Below are positions 47,528 through 62,310 of a stretch of 64,000 bases of DNA, one piece after another. The DNA lies in NCBI GenBank assembly GCA_013265495.1, contig MU058065.1, forward strand, positions 9,713,720 to 9,777,719, in the 5' to 3' direction. The position numbers and the translations under genes were made by a program. The stretch comes from Vicugna vicugna. Taxonomy: Eukaryota. Under the pieces are notes generated by a model. The model had not been told where the DNA came from and did not search any database. It saw only the letters and a program-made list of their open reading frames with translations. How positions within the stretch are numbered: position 1 is the first letter of the stretch; each line of letters starts with the position of its first letter.

Positions 47528-48729
47528 TTGCTCATGTGTTTTTAAGTCATCTCAAGGTTCCTTTTGAAAGTAGGTGTGTTTACTTATTTAATAAAGTAAA
47601 GGAGAAGTATGAGTAATAAATGATTAAAAATATAAGTAGGTCCTGGGCAAGGAGATCATAGTCAGTCTGAAGAAGAAGAGGGTGTAAGGCTGTTGGGGGA
47701 CACTGATACTTAGGTTGTCCACCGACTGGTGGAGAAGAGGCCACGTCACACATCACCCTGAGGTCCTGGGCTCTCAGGAAACTTAGTTATGACTAACATA
47801 CAGTATTGGTAAATGTGAAGATTCTGAATAAGTAAAAACGAAGAGTTTACTTTTAATCTAAGTAGAAACATTCTCAAAATAATAGACAACATGGGAATGG
47901 ATTTAAGTAGAGAGAAGAGGAGAGGAGAGAACCCGGAGAGCCGTTTTAACGTTGGGGCAGCTTTGCCCTCTGCCGCAAACATCCAGAGATGCGGTGACTA
48001 CAGTCTGTCACCTAAAAGGAACCATTGATGGAAATTCTGTCTTCAGTGATAACTCCTAGAAGCAGTGAAAGTACGGTTTTAAATTAAATTTGAAAATTTC
48101 CTCAAAGCTGCTTCTTCAAAGACAAATGACCCTCTTCCGTTATATCTAGTTAAATAAAATAATGGATGCAAAAGGCTTTGCAAAACATTAACATGCTGTA
48201 TAAATGTAAAGTGTTATCATCATGTACTCTGTGTTGAAAAACATGCGGTAAAAAGAGATTATTTTTGTGAACTAAGCAGTCAAATATGGGCTGCATGACA
48301 GCACTGTGAAGTCAAGTCATAACTGATAAATGACGACGCCGGAGAGGGTTGATTAATGTGTGGATGCTAACCTTGAAGAATACCGCTAGTATAGCACTAC
48401 AGGGTCTTTTGTTTTGTTTTCTTTCTTGGGCTCTTTCTTATGTAAACTATTTTTCAAAGAGTTAAAGACATGCTTATCAAACTTAATGATAAGTCTTCTA
48501 AGGGGAAGGTAGCTCATATACATCAACCTTAGGAAGTACACTGATACATGAATAAACCAAGCTTCAGATAGCTAGTAACTTGCCCAAGACTACTCATATA
48601 GTGGTAGTATAAGAGGAAAGATACTACACTTTTCAGCTAGAATAAGAACTTGCCCATGGTGGAACTGAGATTTGAAACGAGGCACTATGAATCCAGAGAA
48701 TGTACACCTAGGCCACTTTGTTTATTATT

Positions 48730-48980
48730 CACTCATGTATTTAACAGACACAGAGTGCTTACACTTACAACAGGGATTGATCCGAACCTTATACAAACGT
48801 TACTCACTTAATCCCCATAACAACCTTATGCAGTAGGTGCTATTATAATTTTCACCTTATAGCTTAGAAATTGAGGCACAAGGAAGTTAAGTAGCCTGCC
48901 CAAGGGCACACAGCTAGTAAATGGATTCAAACACAGGCAGTCTGGTTGGGGGATTCATGCCTCTGACACCATGACATGCT
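48730..48980 (-). mobile_element. MIR SINE
   Basis: tactcacttaatccccataacaaccttatgcagtaggtgctattataatt...agaaattgaggcacaaggaagttaagtagcctgcccaagggcacacagctagtaaatgg. Confidence 0.75.
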
Positions 48981-50379
48981 ACCCCGGCTCTATGCTAAAC
49001 TGCTTTCAGCATTGTGCCCAACTTCACACAGCCAGATCCGAGGTGATCATGCCCTCTGCTTACACCTGGGAACCAGAAATTCTTTGAGGTTTACAAAGGA
49101 AGCAGCGAGCAGTTGTGATTCACTTGATGCTCTTTTGACCTACCTTGGAGCATCCACGCCTGAAGGCATCTTTTGTGATGCCACCAATTCAATCCTAGAC
49201 TCTTAAATCCTTGTCTATGGTTCTCAGTGCCAGACAGCATTTCCTCCTGCATAAAATACATCCTTATTCTCATTACATCTACCCATAAAACTTTCATCAA
49301 TTTGAAAATTGTAAAATGCATTCCTTTTTATGCAGACATTTAATCTATGGTTAAATGACAATTGAGCAATATATCCTCCTGCATACTCAAATACCATCCC
49401 AACTCTGCAATTTGAGAATAAATTGACAATCTTAAAATTGGCATGGGTTTTAAGGAAATGAAATATTCTCCATCGCAGACTTTTGAGGATGTTTATCTGC
49501 AGAACGAACTACAGGACACGCTTTGGCTTGATCAACAGACTCTCTTAAGAGAGGTTTCAAATAGAACTGCCAGTTTAGCAAATCTGATTTGAACTTATTT
49601 GTGGGCCAAATGCTGTGTTTCCTTCTTATGTGCATGGATGAAGCCAGAACTTTCAACCTCTCAGCCTCTTAACCTCTCACTTTCAGAATGAGTGAAGTTT
49701 AAAATATAAAGGTGTTGTTTTTGCTTCACACCCAAATGTCAGAGCAAGATATTCTGATTTCTCTTGATTGGCTCCAGGTGATGTTAAGTGGAATGCAGGA
49801 AATTATCAAAACCAATCTATCCTCAAAGGCTTTCTTTGAAATTACAGGATCTGAATCAAAATGTAAAATAAAATTATTTTTATTCTAAGTTTCCTTCTGT
49901 CATTTTTCATAGCTCTCACTCTACCAAGGAGCAAGTAAAACAACATCTTTTTTTTTTTTATTTTTGCCCTCTAGAAAGGTGATTGTTAGAGATTTAATAT
50001 TTTCCAAAGAAATACAGTATTTCTTAAACAATCTGACTCTTGCTTACTGGATTTCTGAAGAGTTTAATTACTAACTTTCTCAAGAGTTAAGAAAGAAAAT
50101 TTCCCCACTCATCAGCATGGTGACTTACACATTATCAATAAAATGCAGAACATGAATCATAAAGAATCCAGCTTACACTGGGAGCAGTAATACACGATCA
50201 ACCATAATTGTACAAAAGTCTAGATATTCAAAGACTGTCATCAGAGAATTTCCAAGTGCCCTGAAAGAGCCAGGGTCTCAATCAAAATTCAAATCTAGTA
50301 GAAAGTGACATATTTTATAAAGCAAAATGAAGAACAGAGTAATCAAAAATACAGTTCTGAAAATACTCTTGAATGTCTT

Positions 50380-50615
50380 GCTACACAATATGTGATTGGC
50401 CAACTGACAGCATTAAACTTTTACCTGGGAGTTTGTTAGAAATGTAGAAGCCTTGTATCTGGCATGTGGTACGTACTCAGTAAACAGCAGAGTGGGTTTA
50501 AAAAAAAAAAAAGGAAGACCTGCAGAAGCTTAGGCCACACCCCAGACCCTCTGAACCAGAATCTGATTTTTAGCAAGATCTCCAGGTGATTCATATGTAT
50601 AGTAAAGCTTGAAAA
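50380..50615. mobile_element. MER5-like hAT MITE, interrupted
   Basis: acctgggagtttgttagaaatgtagaa...ggccacaccccagaccctctgaaccagaatctg...caagatctccaggtgattcatatg. Confidence 0.6.
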
Positions 50616-51869
50616 TTTATTTAAAGTGTTTTTGAGGGTGGAATTATGTGAATAATTGCTGTTTTTAAAAAAACAGTGTCACACACCAAGAGATAATGGT
50701 CACCCTTATTTTACAGCGGGGCCACCATTTCATAATGGGAAAAAAAACCTCGATTTCTGTTGCTCTGGAAAGATAATGACTGATACAGAATTATTTCTCC
50801 CAGAGGAGCAAAAGCAGGTCTAGGGGAAGGAATATAGCTCATCACTTTCAGTAACAGCAAATGCCAGCTTGACCTGCATTGTTACTTCTGACACATCACC
50901 TTGCATTTCTCTTCACATTATGCTGGTGGATTCTTTTCCTTCCTTTTTTATTTTTGGGTCAGAGAAGGAACCTGACCTAGAGGTTGCTGCAGGCGTTTGG
51001 AAATATGGTCCTCCTTGTCTGTTCCCTTCGATTTGAGGCGTCTGCTGCAGCAGTCTGTACCTGGGTGATTTTAAGAGCTTATCAATCATGATACCGTTGA
51101 GATACCGAGCCATCAAGCAAGCACCTCTCCCATGACATGATAACTTGTGTTAATAATAGACTAAAGCTGTGATAGGAGATGTGGGAAAAACAGAAATCAG
51201 AGTGGTGCCCTGAAGTGGGGGGAGGGAGCAGGTGAGGGAGCCGGGCTAAGTAAGGGAGCTGTATCCCTAAGTCACATGGGAGGATGTACAGCGAACTGAT
51301 CTTTTGGCAGCACTAGTTATGGGGAATAAATGGCCATCAGTCACTCCCTGCTCCTTCTTGGCTGCCTGACAGCACGAATAGCACCTGCTACCACACATTT
51401 CTTGATCTATGGTCTTGGGAAGTTGTATGCTGAATTTACTAGGAAAGAAGATACGGCTGTTAGACACAAAGACCACATTATTACTTTTAATAGTTTACAT
51501 GAGCTGGAGGATTAGAGGAGTGCAGGTGTTTTTTTAAACCTAGGAACCACTTAGGCAGTGAATAGAGAGAACTGAAATCCCAAAGCCCTGGGTGAGAAAG
51601 TGTACTGCCACAATGTCATTAACACCACCAGTCAAATTGCAAATTCACTCCTTGTCTGCTTGGAAAGGTTGACGTTAAATCGCTAGGACTTTTGATTAAT
51701 TCCAGCTAACTTCACTATTCATATGTTTTGAATGATATGATTGTCTCTGAGGGTCAAAATAAACGTGCAACTCTTTAGCTAAACTTTTATAAACAAGGAA
51801 GGGAAATTTTAGCCAATTTAGACTAGGAACAGGTACCCCATCTTAATACTATTTTGAGCCTTTTCTTGC

Positions 51870-52570
51870 CCTGCTAATATTCACATCCACAGTGTACTTA
51901 CGTTCTATGCCACTGTCATCTCTTGTCCATGCTGTTCTGTGGTCATCTGATGGGTCTTTTGGATTCCATCCTTACCACCCCCGTCTCTCCTCCATATACA
52001 GGCATAGTACTCATCCCAAAATGTAAGGTGGGTCATGCCAGTCCTCTGCTCTAAGCCCTCCAGTGTCTTCTCATCCCATCCAGAGGAAAATCCAAAGTCC
52101 TAACTCTGGCAGATAAACCCTGAGGATGCAGCTGGTCACCACCCACACCCTGGGCCATCTCTCTGACGTCACCTTCTACCTCCTTCTCCATTGCCCAGCC
52201 ATCCTGGCCTTCTCTGTCCTCAACCACACACTACAACAGACGAGTCTCGCCGCAGGATCTCTGCCTGGATTGTAATTCCCCCAGATAGGTACTTACCCTT
52301 CACTTTAGGTTTCTGCTCAAGTGTTACCTTATCAGAGAAATTCCCCTGAACACCTTCTATAATTCCTGCTCTTCAATACTCATACACTTTAAAACCATCT
52401 GATGCATTATATAGTTGTCTTTTTCAATGTATATCTTCCCTGACTAGGAAATAGCTCTGTGCAAGCAGAGACTTTCTTGTTTCCTTTTGTTCACTACTGT
52501 CTTCCTAGTGCCCCAGAGAGTGCCAGAAATATCCTAAGAGAAATGCTCAGTTAATATCTGTGAGTGAATG
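51870..52570 (+). mobile_element. L2 3' fragment
   Basis: ggtcatgccagtcctctgctctaagccctccagtgtcttctcatc...aaaatccaaagtcct...ctgctcaagtgttaccttatcagaga...ttgttcactactgtcttcctagtgcc...gtgagtgaatga. Confidence 0.75.
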
Positions 52571-55500
52571 ATTGTCAGTGCTTGTCTGCATGCCTGGCAC
52601 TTTGCTCATTTTCTCACCCTACTTAGTTCAAAAGCATTTTTCTCCCTTCATGCTTTTGTGTGTTTGTGTTTCTTCTGGTCTGAGATGTCCTTCTACTTTC
52701 CTGCATCAGCATGTTTATGTTACTTTTCTTCAAGTACCCTCTCCTCCAGGAAACGTTCCCTCAGTCTGTTCTCAGAGCTGACCGTGTCTCTCCTCCGATC
52801 CCCCAGCACTGTCTGCTTCCCTCGTTGTACATCTTACTCCTCTCTGCCCAACATCAGAATGATTCATCTTCTGGAAGCCTTAAAGGAAGGCCATGTCTGG
52901 CTTATCCTTACTCCCTACCCAGCTCTGCTTGTTGCTTTGTACATAGAGAGTGCCCAGTGCACATTTGGTTAGTACACACCACTGAGTGGATTTACGTCAA
53001 GGTGACAATGTTGATTTCATGGTGCTGCTGTGGTACATGCATAAGGAATGGTAGCAGGGTGATCTCCTCATCCGGCAGTTTCTCTTTTTCCAAAATCTGC
53101 CCTTAATGACTGTTTGGTTTGGTGTTTTGCATGTGAGAAGGGTAGAAAGAATTTTGCTCTTGGGTCTGGTCATTTTGTTTTGTTTTAATAAGTGCTGAAA
53201 CAGAAACATTCATACAAAAGGCAAAATACTTAATAATCAGAATGGTTGTTCCACTCAGCTGACTCACTCCCAGGTCGGATTAGTAACTGGGGGAAAGGTT
53301 TCTATTACAGGGAACTCTGTTAGCATCTTGCCTGGAAGATCCTTTTCTCTGCCTTTCTGATGAAACCCTTCCCTACATCCTAGTACAGGGCTAAGAAGGG
53401 AAACAGCTATGTTTAAAAGGATACCTTCTTAAAAATCGGATTTTTCTCAGCCTGTATCTTTCAACTCCAGACTGTCAAGATTCTGCATTAGAAGTTCACA
53501 GTGTACTTTTTTGGTGAACGGCTGCTCTAATTGGGCAAGTTTTTCTGTGGCGACATTAGGGCTCATTAGGCTTCTCTTATCAGTGGTGGAAGCTGTGAGA
53601 TTTCAACCAAGCAGAGGATTTAGATTCTAAATGAGAAATATAGATTAGCATTTCACATAATGAAATAATGGACTTCAGTGTTACCTTTCTAGTGACTAAA
53701 GCAGGAATTAAAGCCATTGTAGGGTTCCTTGCTTAATCAATAAATAAACGGGAGACATAGAAGATTTATTTCTTCTGTGGCAACCAACAGCATCATTTTT
53801 CTTAATTATCCTTAGGCTGGCCTCTCCTGCTTTCAGATTCTTTGCAAGTCAAAAGCTTCTCTACATTAAGAAAAGAGACATGAGATCTCTTGTGTTTTCT
53901 CTCTCACACACAAAGAGCGTTTTGCCTTTTCTGTGGCAATACCTGTATGTCTTAATGAAAATCAAATAAAGTCAAAGGTTCCACTAGATTGTCCAGGCGC
54001 CCTTAAAGACCGGAGGTTTCAGCAGAGGTGGACAAAGATCAGGGCAGCTGTAGGAGAGAAAACAAATAGTTCGAACTTTGGATCCACAGATGGTTATGCC
54101 TGCCAACTGTTATGAGCCAATGAATATCTGGCCTATCATTTGTCATATTTATTGAAGTACATAATACTGTAATTTCTCTTGGCATGGTTATTTATCTTGT
54201 TCTCTGAACAGCTAAAACTGCAGCCATGTTTGATCATTCGTATACCTTTTGGGTTTCATCTTTAAAAAGCAGCCACGCAAATTGGCATGAGCCTCCGCAT
54301 CCAGGGAATGGAGAATGTTGCAAAAGTGACTGACTGGCATGTTATGGAAAATTCTGACAACAATTGATATGCTTCCAGACTTGTTCCCATGTGTTTAACC
54401 ACAGAGCCTAAAGGGAGCAGAAGCTCTCCATTGCATTTACTCCTTCTCGGAGATGCCAGTCTGGTTTCCTACTGGAGTGGTGAGGACTGCTGTATCTGGA
54501 AGCTTCTATGGGGTGTGCACAGAGCACTCCAACTTTACAGTAAGGAAATAGGAACTGAGAAGGACGAGGTTGAGGGTGAGAGGAAGAAGGCATCAGGTAC
54601 TCAGTCATTGATTTCTGACGGTGTCTGGGGGTACTGTGATGTCAAAAGAAGCAGCAGGAACACCTGTCTCTACTGGCACCTCCGCTACTGGCAGTGGTGA
54701 GTCAGTGAATAGAAGCCACATGGTGCCTGTGACAGACGGTGTGACTCACAGGTGAGCAGAGAGAGTCTTCAGGGTACCGTTGCTCACCTGCCACATCTCA
54801 GCATCCATCATGAATCATTGGGTCTAAATGGGGCCTTGAGTTGGGGCAAATTTTAGTGCACGTTGGAGCCTCCGTGAATGACAGATGTGAAAATGTAGGT
54901 GTCTCTCATCCATGCAGGATTAGTTTCATTCACCCCATGAGGTGTGGAAGCTCGCAGTTACAGGTCACTCTGCTGTCTGTGATAAAGGGGCTATTGGCCA
55001 CTCAGACTCTGCAGGGCATAGCGAACCTCACTTTAGCTGTTGGTTTTCCTTCTAATGGCTTTAATCAGAAGTGTAAACAGTAATTCTTCCTAAGAGTTCT
55101 GAAACCTTTCTCTTCCTTTCTCTTCAGAGCGGTGGAGTGGCCCTTGGGTGTTCAGCAGAGGGGAGGAGAGGCAATGATGTCATTATCATTCCTATTAGGG
55201 TTAGTGTTAACCGGCTGGAGATTAAGATGCCAAAGTCCTTAACCTCTGCCTTCACCCTGTTAGTCTCACCTCTCCCCCACTTTCAATTCCTGGAATAGGT
55301 GGTGTTCACTTCTGCCTCTGCACAGCCAGGACTCTAATAGGCAAGGTAACCCAGAAGAAAAAGGAGGTTCTGAAAATGGAATTTTGGAAGTTTGCTTCTG
55401 ACATAGACCTTTCCTCATTAAGACATAAAAAGGGAGGTATCTGTGGAAGCTCTAAGGCTGGCTGAGGCTGAGCCGCTTGGGTCATCTCAGGTTTCAAAGG

Positions 55501-55749
55501 CTGCGCTCAGCAAAAGGAAGAATGAGTGAATGACCTAGTACAACCCTGAGAAGCACGCAGGAACCCTCGTGAGGAGTCAGAAGGGCTAAGACTCAGAAAG
55601 AACAGATTTTTGAAAAATACCAAAGAGGACAGGAGGCTTTTAAAGCATCGTCAGCACTTACTGTTTGGAGTGGTGCTGCAGGGTCAGCGAGCACCGATGA
55701 CCAAAGCCCACTCGTTCACGTCCTCGTTGGCATCAGTCTCACAGATTAG

Positions 55750-56260
55750 GCAGAATGCTTTTAGCAACCGGTAAGAGAACTGGAAGGCCCAGATATGGAA
55801 AAGGATCATCAGAGAGCACTGTTCCGATGTTCAGGTCTAGACATCTCTGTCTGTTTCCCGGGGAAACGTGAATCACCGGGTGACAGCATTTGAGGGAGTA
55901 GAGACCATGGAAGACATGCTAACAGCCCGAAACAGGGTAAATCTCTCCCTTTTCAAGAAGGAAGGGTATATTATCAAACAAATGGTTTAGGTACATTTAA
56001 AAAAGGAGGCTCAGCTGGAAATGAGAGCAACAGTCACAGAGCTAAATGAGTCCGGGAAAGCGGCAAAGACAGCAGGGGATTGAGTTAAATGTGTTCACGA
56101 GAGCAATGTGGACCGGCACCATACAAAAACTTCAGGATGGACAGCCTGTGCACAAAGAACAAAAATCCTTAACACAAAGCAAGGATGGTTGTTTTAGGCC
56201 TTGGTGATAAGTGGGAGGAGAGATTGTGATTCTCCTGATAGCCCTCCATGCTGGTCTTTC
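55750..56260 (+). mobile_element. Possible CR1/L3 relic
   Basis: Weak resemblance of aagagaactggaaggcccagatatggaaaagg, cccttttcaagaaggaagg and gtgattctcctgatagccctccatgctggt to CR1 ORF2 pieces. Confidence 0.35.
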
Positions 56261-59200
56261 CTATCCCCTGAAATACAGCCAGCTCTTAGAAGTATTTTTC
56301 TAGCATATGACTCTACTCTTTGTCCTTCCTCTCTTTTATCATTTCTCACAACTCAACCTGAACTCATAAATTTGGTCTAAGGGTTATTTATACTGGGAAG
56401 GCAAGTGAGTTGTAAAAGGTCTGGTTAGCAACTATTTGTTGAAAAGGTAGCTGGGAGAAGATGTGGTAAATGTTTCCTTCCTGGTCACCATGAGCAAGCT
56501 AATGGCTCTGATCCTTGGTTTTCTTATCTTGAAAATGGGAACAATAGCTGGGTGGAAGTCATGCTGTCTCCTATCCGCATCCCTGCCCTCTCCCTTGTTT
56601 CCTTTGGTCTTTTCTTGGGCTTTCCATTCATTTCATTTTTGGCTTATTACATAGACCATTTTATCAGATTCACAGGATTTTGTTTCTTGACCATTCTGAG
56701 TAAATAGCAAACTCTCTTAAATCACTGAGATGGGACAAGAAATGAAAATGAAGCAGAAATTCAATCAGAACATGTTAGTCTAATTGCCTGCCATTTATAC
56801 CATTGTAAATAATCTCAAGGTGCCCTCCAGCTTGCTGCCTTTCCTCATTGCAGCTTACACTCCATGTGGCAGAACTGAAAGACACTGGTTGAAAGGGGAT
56901 GCAGGTTCTAGCAGGAGCTTTGCCATCAATTAGCAATGTGACTTTGGATAAATCTTTTTACATCTTGGCCGTGTTTCCTCATCAGCAGAGTAAATGGGTT
57001 GACCTATATTATCTCCTAGGTCCTTTCCAACTCCAGAATTTAAAAGGTCCATGATTTCAAGCCAAAAACTATATTATGGAATACAGTGACAGAATGTATA
57101 AGTGCAAGTTGATTAGGGGAATGGCATAGGATTTATCTTTTAAATTGGCTTTCACAATAATAAATTACCAATACAGAAAAGAGAGATACATTTTATGTAA
57201 GTGTTCAAGGAAGCATAGCTTATTCCAAACAACGGTTTCTGAAAATAACCTTTCATTCTTTGCCCTTATATTTTTCCTAATGGATGGCATAAAATGGATA
57301 CTCAGCCTGAATAGTGGCTTTCATTCAATTTTAAGTCACCCCGTCATGTTGTGTACTGCTGCCTTCACGTTAGCTGACATTGCAGGATGCAGCACAATGC
57401 AGAGTGAAGAGTTAGAAATGTGACATGGCATGTCGGAAACAATGCGCGCTTTTTGCAGATCAGTTATCATTTAAAGGCTGGTATTTAGAGCCATCTTTAG
57501 ATAATTCAATAGCTTTGTGTCTCTTGTAGGGAGGATGTCAACCTGAGTTAATTTTTTTGCTTATCAGATACGATGGGACAAGATGACACTAAAAGGGTTA
57601 GAAGAAACTATCCAGAATGCATATTAAAAAAAAAATCAAGCAAATATTTAAGGAGCTTGGGAGTTGCTTGGATTGATTTACTGCAACCATGGAGTTCGAA
57701 GAAAAAAGATAAATGTCAGAGACCATTGTCCAGGACAAACCCAGATATTTCTCATTGTTATCCTTTGTCCTGATCCATCACAGTCTGCTATAACATCAGA
57801 GTCTTCTAATTTTCACTGGGTTTTTTCATTGATTTGTTCCCTGAGTTGACTCAAACTCACTCATCTGTAGGTACAATGGAGTCACATTATTAGTAACGTG
57901 CCAAATTTGACAGGCTCTCACAATCACCTGCTCAAGCCCCATGCTGTCCTGCCCTGAACTGGTCATTCCAGGGATTCTGACATGTGCCTGAGAGACACCC
58001 AGCCATCACATGGCTGCTCTGCTCTCCCATCAGGCACTGCAGCCCCCTGACAGGCACACCAGGGACAAGACGGGATTGATTTGGTGGCCAAACTGCAGGA
58101 CAGTCTGTGGCAAAATGGAGGATAAGACCCCTCCCCCATTTTATGTTGGAATCCAGTCGGGTGGGCAAACTTGACAATGCTGGTGCCTCTGTCCAGATGG
58201 AGTTCCGTGAACGAGGATGATGCTGGGGTGTTACCTGGAGCCCTTTCTTCTCCCTGGTGCCTGACAGGGAATGAAAAGAGGTGGGTGCCAGTGCGTGGGT
58301 TATCTTTTCAGCACTGATTGTTTGGGGATCATTTTTATTCTCTTTAGATGACTTTCTCTGGAAAGTTCTTCATCCCCTGAAGCAAATAAACTTCTGTCAG
58401 GTCCTCTTAACCAGTTTGCCTGAGATGTCCAGACAGAATTTTCTGAAATGCAGTAGCAATATAGACTCAAGTTGAGATCCCTGACACTGCTCATTCAACA
58501 AGCACTTCCTGAACACATTTTATGTGGGAAAGATTTTCTTTCTTCTTATTCCTCTCGTCTCTACATTTTTTTTTTCCCCTTCAGAAGATTGGCTTGAATT
58601 GAAGGAATGACATTTAGAGCTTCTCTTAACTGAGACTATGAAGATATTTCCAAATAAAACACAGTTAGTAGAGAAGGGATGTACTTTTGGAGAATGGGTT
58701 TCTCCAGCCAGCGCCTTTATATATACAGGAGGCTATTATTAAACACCTTTGATATGGCTGCTGGATCAGACATCTTTGTAGAGGAACAGAAATAATTAGA
58801 AAATTGCAGAAGTATTCAAACTCTCCAGATCAAGCCAATGATGGAATGTATAATCTAACTTTCTCCTTAGTGTTTGATCAGGTCTCTGTCTGTACAGGGA
58901 AAGCATGCTTTGGTTGTTTTAGAATTGTCCAGCATTTTAATTGATATTTATCTTAGAATCTGAATGTTATTTCAGTGACTTGTTTTTTTAACATATATTC
59001 TAGTGCAAAATTATTTGAGTGCATTGCCTCTAATCATATTTGCATGAAGGGATTGTCGAAACAATATTTACTCCTGCACGTATGTTCCTGTTGATGTTAC
59101 CTGCAATAAAAAAGAGCTTTGTGCTCACACATAGCCTTTCATAAACTGCATGTTAACATTAATGGACTACAATGTTAATTTAGAAAAGGCTAGGCACAGA

Positions 59201-61654
59201 CATGTTTTATATAATTGCTTATATAACATTCTCAGTTTCAATAATGAATGCCTCTTGTCTGTTTCTCTGCAAAACATGGTGGTCCTTCACACTAATTGCA
59301 AAATACTGCTGTCCTTCATGTTTAGAAATGATAATACTGACAAAGATATGTGGGAATGTATCTACCCGATCAACAGGTGATCGATAGTTCACTGCACAAA
59401 GAGTGGGAAATCCTGTGGGCAGAGGCTCGTATTGTAACTCTGTCTTGAGGCTGGGGTTTCATGTACAAATCAGCATGTGGACCCAGGTGATCAGTGAAGA
59501 AATGGTCTGGCTGATGTTTGTGTACATGCAACGCCTTGGGCTTTCATATTACCAGGCCTTTGTTCAAAAGCATGTGCTGCCTCTGGTGGCTGCGGAGGGA
59601 TGTGGTTGCCCCGAAGGTACTTCTCTCTTGTTTCTTCCATCCATTCTGTTGCTGTTTGGCTCTAAGGTGCCTGGGCTTATCTGTTGTCTCCCAGCACGTC
59701 TAACTGTCAAATTGTGCTGGATAGCGTTGCCTTCCCTCATCACAGGTCCATGCTTTGGCAGCACCCACTGTGGCCCGCGTTGCCACCCACTCTGCACACT
59801 TCACAACCAGGCCCTAAGCTGTGTTCTGGGGATAATGAGATCAACGAGCCTCTTGCAGTTCAGTGACGGAGGTAGGAGGAGGCCTCTGTTGATTTTGCCT
59901 GCCCAGCCTGCCTGTATTCTTCAATCTCCTTCTTTTTTTGGTCCTATTTTTGCTTCAGGGAAATAATCCACCTCAGGGATACAGCAATGCTAGGCTTGTC
60001 AGACAAGAAAGGGAGGGGCCCCAGTACAAGTTATACCACCGAGACTTCTGGCGAAAAAGAATCTTGAACAGAGGGACTGAAAGCTAAGAATAGTTCCAGG
60101 TCATTCACCCTGCTGGTGGTGGTACCCTAGGATATCATCCTTTTATTCCTGCCACCACAACATCTGATGCTCTCAGGTCGCTGCCCTTTTCAAGCTCCAT
60201 TTGTCAGCCTTTTCTTCCACCCTATATCTGTCCATTGATTTCCTTCCTAGATTATGTAAGCAACAGTTGGTTCCTGCTGCTTTGCCAGCAAAGAACTAAA
60301 ACCAATGTAGAACTGGGTGAAATACCATAATGCAGACTAGTACGTTGTCCAGAAAAGGTAATGTAAAGTGTCTATTTGACTTTTAGGACATGATTCTAAG
60401 TTTTCTGAGGAAACAACACACATGGTGATTATAGTAGGTTCATGTTTCTGTGAGCACAACACTTATTTTTGGAATTTGTGGCCACAGTACAAGAAAGACT
60501 TGCTTGTTGACTTCCCTATTTTAGTGTTTATTCTGTCACTCTATGGTGAATGATATACTGCTGTAAGAGTCAAGTGTAAGTCTTACAGTAGCAGGAAATT
60601 AGTAAAAGAAAGGTATAGATAATAAATAATTACATTTCATAAGCAATTAACTTTTAAAGTCTCTAGTTATGTATTTAATTGGAAACATTTTCAAACTTTG
60701 CATGCAGATCAAAATGATCTTTTTATAGATCATGAGACCTACATCTAAGAAAACTTCCAGGGTTTGAGAATGGAAAATAATTATCATGACTAACCAACAA
60801 AAACAGGCCTCACAGAAAGATACAGTTTGACCTTAATGAATTTAGGAGGCTTTCTTTACAAATGTTGTCAAACAATTAAATTAAAAAAAAAGTTTTACTA
60901 TGGAAAATTTTGTATGCAAAGAAAAAATAGAAAGGCTATTATAGTGAACCTCCATGTACTTATTACTTTGCTTCAACAAGTATTAACTTTTGGCAAATGT
61001 TATTTCTCTGTTCCCTACTGAAGTAGAGAAGTATCCTCTCTGTGTATTTTGTAGCAAATCCCAGATATCCTAACAATTCATCTGTAAATATTCCAAGATG
61101 TTTCTCTAAAGCAAGGATTTGCTTTCTGTCTCTTAAACATACCACAATACAATGATCACATGTAAAAAAATTAATCATCTTATCTCTGTATCATCAATAT
61201 GCAGTCCGTATCCTTACTTCCAGCCTGGTCTTTTAATGAGAGAGGCCTTAGGGTCCTCAGATCACATCCTCTCAGCCCTCTCGTTATTTCAGCCTCAGAG
61301 TTTTGTTATGAGCTCAGGCTCCTTCCTGCTGGCAGAACACTGAGCTAATAGGGAGCAGTAGTCCGTGGTAGGGTCCCACGTCCTGTCTAGCAACAGGACG
61401 ATCCTTGGCAGCCTGCTGTGTGCTTCTCAGAGGCCCAGGCAGAATCAGCCCCTGTGCACCAGCTATCTCCCTAATGCAACCGGACACCGGCATTTCCTCC
61501 TTCGCAGTGATGCTTTCCTTGTTCCCACAATTCTGTTTCCTGGAGTGACAGCTCAAGCCTTTGGGAAATGCACACTAGGATATCTCACACTTTTGCTTTT
61601 AAATATTGAATCCACATCCAGCTAACTGAAATTTGTTCCTGTATCTCTTAATTC

Positions 61655-62310
61655 TCTTTTTGAAAATGGTGGTAAAATACACATAACATAAAGTTTACCA
61701 TCTTAATCGTTTTTAAGCGTAGAGTTCTGTGGTATGAAGTACATTCACATTGTGCAACCTTCACCACTATCCACCTCCCAAACTCTTTTCATCTTGCATA
61801 ACAAAGACTATGTATCCATTAACCTATAACTTCTTATTCCACCCTCCACCCAGGCTCTGGCAACCCCATTCTACATTCTGTCTCCATGACTTTCACTACT
61901 CTAGGTACCTCATATAAGTAGGTCATACAGTATTTGGTTTTTTGAAACTGGCTTATTATATTTTGCATAATGTTCTCAAGTCTCATCCATATTACAGTAT
62001 GTGCCAGAACATCCTTCCTTTTTAAGGCTAAATACTATTCTATTGTATGTATGTACCACATTTTATTTATTCATTCATCCATCAATGGACACTTGAATTG
62101 CCTCCACCTTTTGGCTAAGTGAATAACACTTCTATGCACATGAGTGTACAAATATCTCCTGGAGACCTTGCCTTCAGTTCTTTTAGGTTTGTGCCCAAAA
62201 GTGGAATTGCTGTATCCAATGGTAATTCCATTTTACATTACCAGTACACAAGGGTTCTAATTTCTCCACAACCTCACCAATTGTCATTATTTTGTTATTT
62301 TTTTAAAAAA
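61655..62310 (-). mobile_element. L1 (L1MA/L1MB-type) 3' end
   Basis: gtggtaaaatacacataacataaagtttaccatcttaatc...tacattcacattgtgcaacc...ccatcaatggacacttgaattgcctccaccttttggcta...tttctccacaacctcacc. Confidence 0.85.

Noticed and set aside
59403..59966. 187-aa ORF
   Set aside because: GTG start, Cys/Leu-rich random-looking translation, no homology recognised and no splice context.
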